64,000 bases of DNA from Oscillospiraceae bacterium (lineage in GTDB: Bacteria; Bacillota; Clostridia; Oscillospirales; CAG-272), in NCBI GenBank assembly GCA_015064725.1, contig SVRQ01000009.1, positions 1,897-65,896 of the forward strand, written 5' to 3'. The translations under genes were made by a program, and so were the position numbers. Below the pieces are notes generated by a model that had not been told where the DNA came from, did not search any database, and saw only the letters and a program-made list of their open reading frames with translations. Shown here in pieces: positions 27,944 through 36,102 of the stretch. Within the stretch, counting starts at the first letter, position 1. Each line of letters opens with the position of its first letter.

Positions 27944-30346
27944 ATGAGATACGATTTCAAAAATATCGAAGCAAAATGGCAGGAAGAATGGGAAAAAGCG
28001 GGTATTTTCCACGCTTCCGAAGACCACACAAAACCTAAATTCTACGGCCTTGTAGAATTCCCTTACCCCAGCGGCGCAGGTATGCACGTTGGCCATATCA
28101 AGGCTTATTCCGGTCTTGAGGTAGTTTCCCGTAAAAGACGTATGCAGGGCTACAACGTCCTTTTCCCCATGGGCTTTGACGCATACGGTCTTCCCACGGA
28201 AAACTCCGCTATCAAGTTCAATACACATCCCCGCATACTTACGGACAGAAACATTGAAAAATTCACCTCCCAGCTCAAGCGCGTCGGCTTCTCCTTCGAC
28301 TGGACTCGCGTTATCGACACAACGGACGAAAAATACTACAAATGGACACAGTGGATATTCCGCAAGATGTTCGATAAGGGTCTTGTTTTCCGTGCAACAA
28401 CGCTCGTTAACTACTGCCCCAACTGTAAGGTAGTCCTTTCCAACGAAGACTCCCAGGGCGGCAAGTGTGATATCTGCCACGGCGACGTTGTTCAGAAATC
28501 CAAGGACGTTTGGTATCTTCGCATTACGGAATACGCAGATAAGCTTCTCGAAGGTCTTAAAAAGGTTGATTACCTTCCCAACGTAAAGCTCCAGCAGGAA
28601 AACTGGATCGGCCGTTCCGAGGGTGCATTTGCGGATTTCAAGCTTACGAACTGCGATGAGTCCCTTCGCATCTACACAACACGCTGCGATACTATGTTCG
28701 GCGTAACGTTTATGGTTATCGCGCCCGAACATCCCATTATCGAAAAATACAAGGATAGAATAAACAACATAGAAGAGCTCGAAGCATACAAAGCAGAATG
28801 CGCTAAGAAGACTGAATTTGAACGCACACAGCTCGTTAAAGACAAGACCGGCGTTCGCATCGACGGTATTGCCGCTATCAACCCCGCAAACGGCAAAGAA
28901 ATTCCCGTTTATATTTCCGACTACGTTATGATGGGCTACGGCACGGGCGCTATTATGGCTGTTCCCGCGCACGATGAGCGCGACTATGATTTCGCAAAGA
29001 AATTCGGCATCGACATCATCGAGGTTATCAAGGGCGGCGACATTTCCAAGGAAGCCTACACGGGCGACGGCGAAATGGTAAACTCCGAATTCCTCAACGG
29101 TATCAAGACGAAGAAAGAAGCTATCGATAAGATGCTTGCTTACCTTTCCGAAAAGGGAATCGGCGAAAAGGGCGTACAGTACAAGATGAAGGACTGGGCG
29201 TTCAACCGCCAGAGATATTGGGGCGAACCCATTCCGATCATTCATTGCGAAAAATGCGGTATGGTTGGCGTTCCCTATGAAGAACTTCCCTTAAGACTTC
29301 CCGATATGGAAAACTTTGTTCCCGGCGAAGGCGGCGAAAGCCCCCTTGCAAAGGTAGAATCCTTTGTAAACTGCACTTGCCCCAAGTGCGGCGCTCCCGC
29401 AAAGCGCGAAACGGACACAATGCCCCAGTGGGCAGGCTCTTCCTGGTATTTCCTGCGTTACTGCGACGCGAACAACGAGGAAGCATTTGCAGATCAGGAA
29501 AAGCTTAAATATTGGCTCCCCGTTGACTGGTACAACGGCGGTATGGAGCACGTAACAAGACATATGATCTACTCTCGTTTCTGGCACCACTTCCTCTATG
29601 ACATTGGCGAGGTTCCCGTTGACGAGCCTTACGCAAAGCGTACAGCTCAGGGTCTTATCCTCGGACCGGACGGTGACAAGATGAGTAAATCCAAGGGCAA
29701 CGTTGTTGACCCCAACGACGTTGTTGACGAATACGGCGCAGACGTTCTCCGTATATACATCCTCTTTATGGGCGATTACGGCTCCGCAACTCCTTGGAAC
29801 GACAGCAGCGTTAAGGGCTGCAAGAGATTCCTTGAAAGAATAGCTGGTCTTACGGATATTGCAAAGGGCACGGGCGCAACACCCAAGCTTGAATCCGCTT
29901 TCCACAAGACCATAAAAAAGGTTTCTCAGGATATCGAGGAAATGAAGTTCAATACGGCCATTGCCGCTATGATGGCTCTTGTAAACGATATTTACGATGC
30001 CGGCACGCTCACGGTTGATGAGCTCAAGACGCTCATAACTCTCCTCAATCCTTTTGCGCCCCACATCACGGAGGAGATCTGGCACGTTCTCGGCGAGAAC
30101 ACACTCCTTTCCGTAGAGGCTTGGCCCTCCTACGACGAAGCGAAGACGGTTGATTCTACAGTTACGATCGCCGTTCAGATCTGCGGTAAGATGCGCGGTA
30201 CTATCGACGTTCCCGCAGGTGCGGAAGAAGACGTTGCTTTCGACATCATTATGAAAGACGAAAAGCTTTCTTCTTTCCTTGCAGGTAAGAACATCGTTAA
30301 AAAGATCTACGTTAAGAACAAGATCTTCAACATAATCGCCAAATAA
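27944..30346 (+). CDS. leuS: leucine--tRNA ligase
   Basis: HIGH-type motif MHVGHIKAY and KMSKS motif KMSKSKGN. CP1 editing domain present. 800 aa. Confidence 0.97.
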   Translation: MRYDFKNIEAKWQEEWEKAGIFHASEDHTKPKFYGLVEFPYPSGAGMHVGHIKAYSGLEVVSRKRRMQGYNVLFPMGFDAYGLPTENSAIKFNTHPRILTDRNIEKFTSQLKRVGFSFDWTRVIDTTDEKYYKWTQWIFRKMFDKGLVFRATTLVNYCPNCKVVLSNEDSQGGKCDICHGDVVQKSKDVWYLRITEYADKLLEGLKKVDYLPNVKLQQENWIGRSEGAFADFKLTNCDESLRIYTTRCDTMFGVTFMVIAPEHPIIEKYKDRINNIEELEAYKAECAKKTEFERTQLVKDKTGVRIDGIAAINPANGKEIPVYISDYVMMGYGTGAIMAVPAHDERDYDFAKKFGIDIIEVIKGGDISKEAYTGDGEMVNSEFLNGIKTKKEAIDKMLAYLSEKGIGEKGVQYKMKDWAFNRQRYWGEPIPIIHCEKCGMVGVPYEELPLRLPDMENFVPGEGGESPLAKVESFVNCTCPKCGAPAKRETDTMPQWAGSSWYFLRYCDANNEEAFADQEKLKYWLPVDWYNGGMEHVTRHMIYSRFWHHFLYDIGEVPVDEPYAKRTAQGLILGPDGDKMSKSKGNVVDPNDVVDEYGADVLRIYILFMGDYGSATPWNDSSVKGCKRFLERIAGLTDIAKGTGATPKLESAFHKTIKKVSQDIEEMKFNTAIAAMMALVNDIYDAGTLTVDELKTLITLLNPFAPHITEEIWHVLGENTLLSVEAWPSYDEAKTVDSTVTIAVQICGKMRGTIDVPAGAEEDVAFDIIMKDEKLSSFLAGKNIVKKIYVKNKIFNIIAK

Positions 30347-30374
30347 CCTACTTTTTCTTTCGGAGAAAAAGTAG

Positions 30375-30735
30375 GCAAAAAGAACTTTGCACAAAAAAAT
30401 ATAATATAATGTTAGCAAGACCATCGGCTTGCCGTAGGGGCGAGCATCGCTCGTCCGCAAAAAAGCAAAAAGAACTTTGCACAAAAACAATATAATATAA
30501 TGTTAGCAAGACCATCGGCTTGCCGTAGGGGCGAGCATCGCTCGTCCGCAAAAAAGCAAAAAGAACTTTGCACAAAAACAATATAATATAATGTTAGCAA
30601 AACCATTGATTTGCCGTAGGGGCGAGCATTGCTCGTCCGCAAAAAAGCAAAAAGAACTTTGCACAAAAACAATATAATATAATTTTGCAAACCCATCGGC
30701 TTTCCGTAGGGGAGGGGCTTGCTCCTCCCGTGAAA
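30375..30735. repeat. tandem array, 90/91-bp unit x 4
   Basis: Units start at 30375, 30465, 30556 and 30647. Unit sequence is GCAAAAAGAACTTTGCACAAAAACAATATAATATAATGTTAGCAAGACCATCGGCTTGCCGTAGGGGCGAGCATCGCTCGTCCGCAAAAAA. The last unit has the variant hairpin GGGGAGGGGCTTGCTCCTCCC. Confidence 0.95.
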
Positions 30736-30757
30736 GCTTTGCAGAAGAGTTATTCTT

Positions 30758-30800
30758 GCCTTCCACCTTTTGGGAAGGTGTCACGAAGTGACGAAAGAGG
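30758..30800 (+). repeat. hairpin repeat module A
   Basis: GCCTTCCACCTTTTGGGAAGG TGTCACGAAGTGAC GAAAGAGG. Confidence 0.9.
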
Positions 30801-30868
30801 CAAAAAACAACGAAATAGACTGCCCGAAAAATATTTTTTCGCTTTTCTGTGAAAAACACAAAAAAATA

Positions 30869-30897
30869 TTGACAAATCATTGACTTTAGGCTATAAT
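30869..30897 (+). promoter_or_regulatory. consensus SigA promoter for yceD-rpmF
   Basis: TTGACA (30869-30874), 17-nt spacer, TATAAT (30892-30897). Confidence 0.7.
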
Positions 30898-30947
30898 TTT
30901 AAAAGCGTACTATAACGTTGTATGTTATTTCGCAAAGGAGATTTTTT

Positions 30948-31454
30948 ATGAACTTGGATATGCGGCCGATACTTTGCGGCGAAAAAAACAAGATCGAATT
31001 TGATTTTGCTACCGTGCCGGAAGAAGAAGCGGTCCTCTCCGAGCTTTTTCCTGATGTAAAATTCCATACCCCTGTTTCCGTTAAGGGAAACGTAAAGAAT
31101 ATGTCGGGATATATGGTTCTTACGGTAAATTCCGATCTGTTGTTTACGGCGGATTGTGCCAGATGCACAAAACCGGTGGACGGTAAAGTCACGCTGTCTT
31201 TTGAGCGTGAGATCGCGGGAAAAGACACTTCCCAAGATAACGATGACTATATCTTTATCGAAGATAAAAAACTCGATATTTTCGAGCCCTTGATAGAACA
31301 GGTCCTTTTGGATATGCCTTCCAAAACGCTTTGTTCCGAAGACTGCAAGGGTCTTTGCCCGAAATGCGGTAAAAACCTCAACGAGGGTGAATGCGCTTGC
31401 CCCAAAAAGGAAATAGACCCCAGACTCGAAATTCTCAAAACATTATTACAATAA
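30948..31454 (+). CDS. yceD: YceD-family (DUF177) 23S rRNA accumulation protein
   Basis: Start moved to ATG 30948 (AAAGGAG RBS). C-terminal CxxxCxxLCPxCGxNLN...C.C metal motif. Lies immediately upstream of rpmF, as is usual. Confidence 0.85.
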   Translation: MNLDMRPILCGEKNKIEFDFATVPEEEAVLSELFPDVKFHTPVSVKGNVKNMSGYMVLTVNSDLLFTADCARCTKPVDGKVTLSFEREIAGKDTSQDNDDYIFIEDKKLDIFEPLIEQVLLDMPSKTLCSEDCKGLCPKCGKNLNEGECACPKKEIDPRLEILKTLLQ

Positions 31455-31490
31455 TTGAAAGATTTACTTTTTCAAGGAGGTTAGATAACA

Positions 31491-31673
31491 ATGGCAGTAC
31501 CGAAGAAAAAAGTCTCTAAAGCAAGAAGAGACAAAAGACGTTCCAACGTTTGGAAACTCGATCTTCCCGGAATGACAAAGTGCCCCAAGTGCGGTGAATA
31601 CAACCTTTCCCACAGAGTATGCAAGAATTGCGGCACATATGACGGCAAAGAGATCGTTAAGCAGGACGCTTAA
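31491..31673 (+). CDS. rpmF: 50S ribosomal protein L32
   Basis: [18 protein letters not shown]... with a CPKCG...CKNCG zinc ribbon. 60 aa. Confidence 0.95.
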   Translation: MAVPKKKVSKARRDKRRSNVWKLDLPGMTKCPKCGEYNLSHRVCKNCGTYDGKEIVKQDA

Positions 31674-31702
31674 TCGAGCGATAAAAGCTTAAAACAAACG
31701 AG

Positions 31703-31738
31703 GTAGGTATGCTCGGCTCTCGGGCATACCTACAATTC
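31703..31738 (+). terminator. stem-loop / weak terminator after rpmF
   Basis: GTAGGTATGC (31703-31712) pairs with GCATACCTAC (31724-31733). The downstream T-tract is weak. Confidence 0.5.
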
Positions 31739-31753
31739 ATTTAGAGGGTAATT

Positions 31754-33052
31754 ATGGTTTGTATAAAGGAAGTTGAACGTTTTTCTCCGGCGGAAAAGGC
31801 AAAGCTTTTGCCGGGGGATAAAATAATCTCCATCAACGGAAACGAGATAAAAGACGTTCTTGATTACAGATATTACATTTGCGAAAAAAAGCTTTCAGTT
31901 CGCGTTCTGCGCGGCGAGGAAGAGAAGACCTTTAATATAAAAAAGGGCGAATACGATGACCTTGGCTTGGAATTTGAAACCTTCCTTATGGACAACAAGC
32001 ATTCCTGCCGTAACAAGTGCATTTTCTGCTTTATAGACCAGCTGCCCAAGGGTATGCGCGACACGCTCTATTTTAAAGACGATGACAGCCGCCTTTCCTT
32101 CCTTCAGGGCAACTATATCACTCTTACGAATATGACGGAAGAGGATATAGACCGAATTATAAAAATGCGTATGTCGCCCATCAATATTTCCGTTCATACG
32201 ACCGACCCCGAGCTTCGCGTTAAGATGCTCAAAAATCCTCGCTCGGGAGAGGTTCTTTCCTATATCAAAAAGCTTGCCGATGCGGGCATTGAAATAAACG
32301 CGCAGATAGTTCTTTGCCGCGGTATCAACGACGGTGAAAATCTTGAGCGCACGATGCACGATCTTGCCTGCCTTTATCCGCAGGTCTCCAGCGTTTCCGT
32401 TGTTCCCGCAGGACTTACAAAGTACCGCGACGGGCTTTATCCGCTTACTCCGTTTACGAAAGAGGAAAGCGCCGCTGTTGTGGCGCAGGTGGAAGCATTT
32501 GCCGCCGCCTGCAAAAATTCTCTCGGCTCATCCATAATCTACTGCGGGGACGAGCTTTACCTTGAGGCAGACTTGCCGCTTCCCGATGGGGAATATTACG
32601 AAGGATACAGCCAGATAGAAAACGGTGTCGGTATGATCGCTTCTATGAAGGATGAGCTGGACTCGGCTCTTGAAGATGAGGAAGGCGATGAAAGTGAAAG
32701 AACGCTTTCTATTGCCACGGGTCACGCGGCATACGGATTTATACTTGAATGTACGGAAAAAATAAAAGCGAAATTTCCAAATATAAAAGTTAACGTTTAC
32801 GAAATAAAAAATGACTTTTTCGGAGAGAGCGTTACCGTTGCGGGTCTTGTAACGGGGCGCGATCTTGCCGCCCAGCTTGCGGACAAGGAGCTTGGAGAAG
32901 AACTCCTTCTTCCATCCTGCATGCTTCGCTACGGCGGCGACCTTTTCCTGTGCGGCAAAAGCCGCGAGGAGATTGAAGAAGAACTTTCCGTTCGCATCAC
33001 GCTCTGTGAAAACGACGGATACGAGTTCCTTGAAAAAGTTATCGGAAGATAA
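31754..33052 (+). CDS. PDZ + radical-SAM-like DUF512 protein
   Basis: N-terminal PDZ (SPAEKAKLLPGDKIISINGNEIKD). Cys triad CRNKCIFC. Typical position upstream of der. 432 aa. Confidence 0.8.
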   Translation: MVCIKEVERFSPAEKAKLLPGDKIISINGNEIKDVLDYRYYICEKKLSVRVLRGEEEKTFNIKKGEYDDLGLEFETFLMDNKHSCRNKCIFCFIDQLPKGMRDTLYFKDDDSRLSFLQGNYITLTNMTEEDIDRIIKMRMSPINISVHTTDPELRVKMLKNPRSGEVLSYIKKLADAGIEINAQIVLCRGINDGENLERTMHDLACLYPQVSSVSVVPAGLTKYRDGLYPLTPFTKEESAAVVAQVEAFAAACKNSLGSSIIYCGDELYLEADLPLPDGEYYEGYSQIENGVGMIASMKDELDSALEDEEGDESERTLSIATGHAAYGFILECTEKIKAKFPNIKVNVYEIKNDFFGESVTVAGLVTGRDLAAQLADKELGEELLLPSCMLRYGGDLFLCGKSREEIEEELSVRITLCENDGYEFLEKVIGR

Positions 33053-33147
33053 ATAAAAATACGGCACGTACTAAGCTTTTGGCGTGTGCCGAGTGAAGTT
33101 TTTTACCTCGCTTTTTTACAAAAAAGCGAGAGAAAGGATGTAATATA

Positions 33148-34479
33148 ATGGCAAAGACTGTTGCTGCGATAGTGGGCCGCCCGAACGTGGGCAAAAGCAC
33201 CCTGTTCAACAAAATATCAGGCTCCAGAATTTCCATAGTAGATAACGTGCCGGGCGTTACCCGCGACCGTATCTATTATGAAACGGATTGGAACGGCAAG
33301 CCCATTGTCCTTATCGATACGGGCGGTATCGAACCCAAGACGGATAACGTTCTGCTTGAGAAGATGAAGCTTCAGGCAGAGGTTGCTATAGACACCGCCG
33401 ACGTGATCGTTTTCCTTTGCGATATCGAGGCGGGCGTTACGGCGGATGACCGCGAGATCGCACAGATGCTTAAAAGAAGCAAAAAGCCGATAATCCTCGG
33501 CGTAAACAAGATAGACACTATAGGCGAGCTTCCCTTGGGATTTTATGAATTTTACGAGTTGGGACTTGACGATCCGATCGCCGTTTCCTCCGTACACGGA
33601 ACGGGCACGGGCGATATACTCGATAAGATTCTTGAGCTTTCTCCCGTGGCGGACGATCCCGAGGAGGAGGACGATGACAGCATAAAGATCGCCGTTATCG
33701 GCAAGCCGAATGCGGGCAAGAGCTCCATCGTCAACAAGTTTTTGGGCGAGGACAGAATGATCGTTTCCGACATTGCGGGCACGACCAGAGATGCCATAGA
33801 CAACAAGCTTGAAAACGAATACGGCAAATTCACGCTTATCGATACTGCGGGTATGCGCCGCAAGAGTAAGATCATCGATAAAATAGAAAAATACAGCGTT
33901 ATCCGCGCTCACGAAGCGGTGGAACGTGCCGACGTTTGCCTTATTATGATCGATGGCAGCGAGGGCATTACGGAGCAGGACGAAAAGATCGCCGGTATCG
34001 CGCACGATTCGGGAAAGGCCTCCATAATCGTTGTAAACAAATGGGATATCGTCGAAAAGGATAATTCCACAGTAAAAGAATTTACTATGAAGATAAGAGA
34101 GTCCCTTGCGTTTATGCCGTATGCGCCCATAGTTTTCGTATCCGCCAAAACGGGTCAAAGACTTAATAAAATTTTTGAAACGGTAGTTGCGGTTGCAAAC
34201 GAAAATGCAAAGCGCGTTACAACGGGTATGCTCAATGACGTTCTTTCCGATGCACAAACGCGCGTTCAGCCGCCCACGGACAGGGGCAAGCGTCTTAAGA
34301 TCTACTATATGACGCAGTCCGGAATAAAGCCGCCCACGTTCGTTTTCTTTGTAAACAACGCGGAGCTTTTCCATTTCTCTTATCAAAGATACCTTGAAAA
34401 TCAACTTCGTGAAGCATTTGGCTTCAACGGCACCCCCATAAAGCTCATCATCCGCCAAAAAGGCGACGATAAAGAATAA
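33148..34479 (+). CDS. der: ribosome biogenesis GTPase Der (EngA)
   Basis: Two GTPase domains (GRPNVGKST...DTGG...NKID and GKPNAGKSS...DTAG...NKWD) plus a KH-like C-terminus. Confidence 0.95.
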   Translation: MAKTVAAIVGRPNVGKSTLFNKISGSRISIVDNVPGVTRDRIYYETDWNGKPIVLIDTGGIEPKTDNVLLEKMKLQAEVAIDTADVIVFLCDIEAGVTADDREIAQMLKRSKKPIILGVNKIDTIGELPLGFYEFYELGLDDPIAVSSVHGTGTGDILDKILELSPVADDPEEEDDDSIKIAVIGKPNAGKSSIVNKFLGEDRMIVSDIAGTTRDAIDNKLENEYGKFTLIDTAGMRRKSKIIDKIEKYSVIRAHEAVERADVCLIMIDGSEGITEQDEKIAGIAHDSGKASIIVVNKWDIVEKDNSTVKEFTMKIRESLAFMPYAPIVFVSAKTGQRLNKIFETVVAVANENAKRVTTGMLNDVLSDAQTRVQPPTDRGKRLKIYYMTQSGIKPPTFVFFVNNAELFHFSYQRYLENQLREAFGFNGTPIKLIIRQKGDDKE

Positions 34480-34494
34480 TTTACGGAGGATTTT

Positions 34495-35172
34495 ATGAAA
34501 GAGTTCGTTTCAAACGGTATTATAGGCGCAAACTCTCCTATTGCGCTTTATATTTTAGGTATAGTTATCTGCATTGTTGTTCCGTATCTTCTCGGAAGCC
34601 TTAATTTCGGCGTTATGATCTCCAACAAGAAATACGGTGATGACGTGCGCACGCACGGCAGCGGAAACGCGGGAGCGACCAATATGCTCCGTACATACGG
34701 CAAAAAAGCGGCAGCTCTTACTCTCCTTGGCGATGCACTCAAGGCGGTCGTTGCAACTTGCATCGGTCTTTTCCTTATGCCGGGAGATGAATTTGCATAC
34801 GTTGCGGCGCTTTTCTGTATGATAGGCCACGCTTTCCCCGTGTTTTTCAAGTTTAAAGGCGGCAAGGGCGTTGTTGTTGCGGCGGCTTCTATGCTCGTTC
34901 TCAACCCCTTGGTCTGCATTCTCTGCATACTTATATTTGTAATTATCGTTGCGTTTACAAGATACGTTTCCCTCGGCTCTATAATCGCGGCGTTCCTTTT
35001 CCCGCTTATGAACTACAGATTGCCGGTTTATTTCCCATCTTTTCCGATAAAGACGATATTCTGTATTTTAATGGGACTTTTCATCATTTTTCTGCACAGA
35101 AAAAATATCGTCCGTCTTTTCAACGGCACGGAAAATAAATTCGGCGGAAATAAGACCGAAAAATTAAAATAA
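34495..35172 (+). CDS. plsY: glycerol-3-phosphate acyltransferase PlsY
   Basis: Polytopic membrane protein with GSGNAGATN and FKGGKGV motifs. 225 aa. Confidence 0.92.
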   Translation: MKEFVSNGIIGANSPIALYILGIVICIVVPYLLGSLNFGVMISNKKYGDDVRTHGSGNAGATNMLRTYGKKAAALTLLGDALKAVVATCIGLFLMPGDEFAYVAALFCMIGHAFPVFFKFKGGKGVVVAAASMLVLNPLVCILCILIFVIIVAFTRYVSLGSIIAAFLFPLMNYRLPVYFPSFPIKTIFCILMGLFIIFLHRKNIVRLFNGTENKFGGNKTEKLK

Positions 35173-35306
35173 TTTTGAAAAAACTATTGCTTTTTTAAAA
35201 TATAAGTGTTATTATATTAAGGTAATTGTGATAAGAAATGCGCCGCCGCAACCCTCTCATTGCAAAAGCCGTTTCTGATCGAAAAAATAAGGAGGTATTG
35301 ACGAAC

Positions 35307-35573
35307 ATGCCGAATATCAAATCTGCAAAGAAGCGCGTTAAAGTTAACGAAACAAAAGCTGCTCAGAACAAAGCTCTCAAATCGGCTCTTAAAACTTCTA
35401 TGAAGAAGTACGAAGCTGCTGTAGCATCCGGCAATATGGAAGCTGCCGAAGCAACATACACAGCTGCAGTTAAGAAGATTGACCAGGCTGTTTCTCACGG
35501 TATTATCCATAAGAACAATGCCGCAAGAAAAAAGAGCAGATTCACAAAGATGCTCAACAACGCAAAAGCGTAA
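35307..35573 (+). CDS. rpsT: 30S ribosomal protein S20
   Basis: Start moved to ATG 35307 (AAGGAGG RBS at 35289-35295). MPNIKSAKKRVKVNE... 88 aa. Confidence 0.95.
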   Translation: MPNIKSAKKRVKVNETKAAQNKALKSALKTSMKKYEAAVASGNMEAAEATYTAAVKKIDQAVSHGIIHKNNAARKKSRFTKMLNNAKA

Positions 35574-35593
35574 GTCAAGCGTAAATAAGAAAG

Positions 35594-35630
35594 AAAAAGG
35601 ATTCATCTCACCGAATCCTTTTTTATTTTT
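35594..35630 (+). terminator. rho-independent terminator after rpsT
   Basis: AAAAAGGATTC (35594-35604) pairs with GAATCCTTTTT (35613-35623), followed by a T-run. Confidence 0.8.
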
Positions 35631-35819
35631 ATTTGAAAATGTGTTTCACGGATATGGCTTTGGAGCAAACAAATCTATACCCTTTTAGAGCGAGTTCAAA
35701 ATTTAAAGTTTAGCTTAATTCTCACTACGTTCGAAGGGCGAATCTCACCGAATGCTTTTTTATTTTTATTTATTTTTTATGCACGGTTATAACTTTGGAG
35801 CGAACAAAAGTAACTTTAA

Positions 35820-35958
35820 GGCTCCTTCCGGGAGGGAGCTGTCGCCATAAGGCGACTGAGGGAGAGTGCGTAAACATAAAATTTTATCAAAAATTGAAAT
35901 AACGCATGCTCCTTCCGTCATTTGCTTCGCAAACGCCACCTTCCTCTCGGAGGAAGAC
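35820..35958 (+). repeat. composite hairpin repeat module C
   Basis: GGCTCCTTCCGGGAGGGAGC ... TGAGGGAGAGTGCGT ... ACGCATGCTCCTTCCGTCA ... GCCACCTTCCTCTCGGAGGAAG. Homologous to 15991-16176. Confidence 0.85.
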
Positions 35959-36028
35959 AAACCACTTTGGAGTTTCGTTCACACCTTATTAACTCATTCA
36001 AAAACTGTGCGCAAAGTGTTTTAACTCC

Positions 36029-36057
36029 TTGACATATCTTATAAATAATGATAAAAT
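36029..36057 (+). promoter_or_regulatory. SigA-type promoter for proS
   Basis: TTGACA (36029-36034), 17-nt spacer, TAAAAT (36052-36057), with TG at 36049-36050. Confidence 0.55.
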
Positions 36058-36102
36058 AACAATGATATACATATTATTTTAAAAAAACAGGAGATACACA
36101 AA

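Noticed and set aside
30385-30415. Promoter-like TTGCAC...TATAATATAAT inside every 91-bp repeat unit
   Set aside because: The spacing between the -35-like and -10-like hexamers is 8 or 13 nt rather than 16-18 nt. The resemblance probably comes from AT-rich unit composition. This was not tested.
27920-30490. Minus-strand ORFs 27920..29245 and 29291..30490 opposite leuS
   Set aside because: These are shadow ORFs of leuS. The second also reads into the 91-bp repeat array.
30348-30880. Minus-strand ORFs 30348..30581, 30412..30696 and 30503..30880 with repeating peptide MFLCKVLFAFLRTS.ARPYGK
   Set aside because: They are translations of the 91-bp tandem repeat. The reading frame is maintained only by the repeat period, and there is no RBS or start context.
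33217-34458. 413-aa minus-strand ORF opposite der
   Set aside because: It is antisense to a textbook double-GTPase Der and has no motifs.
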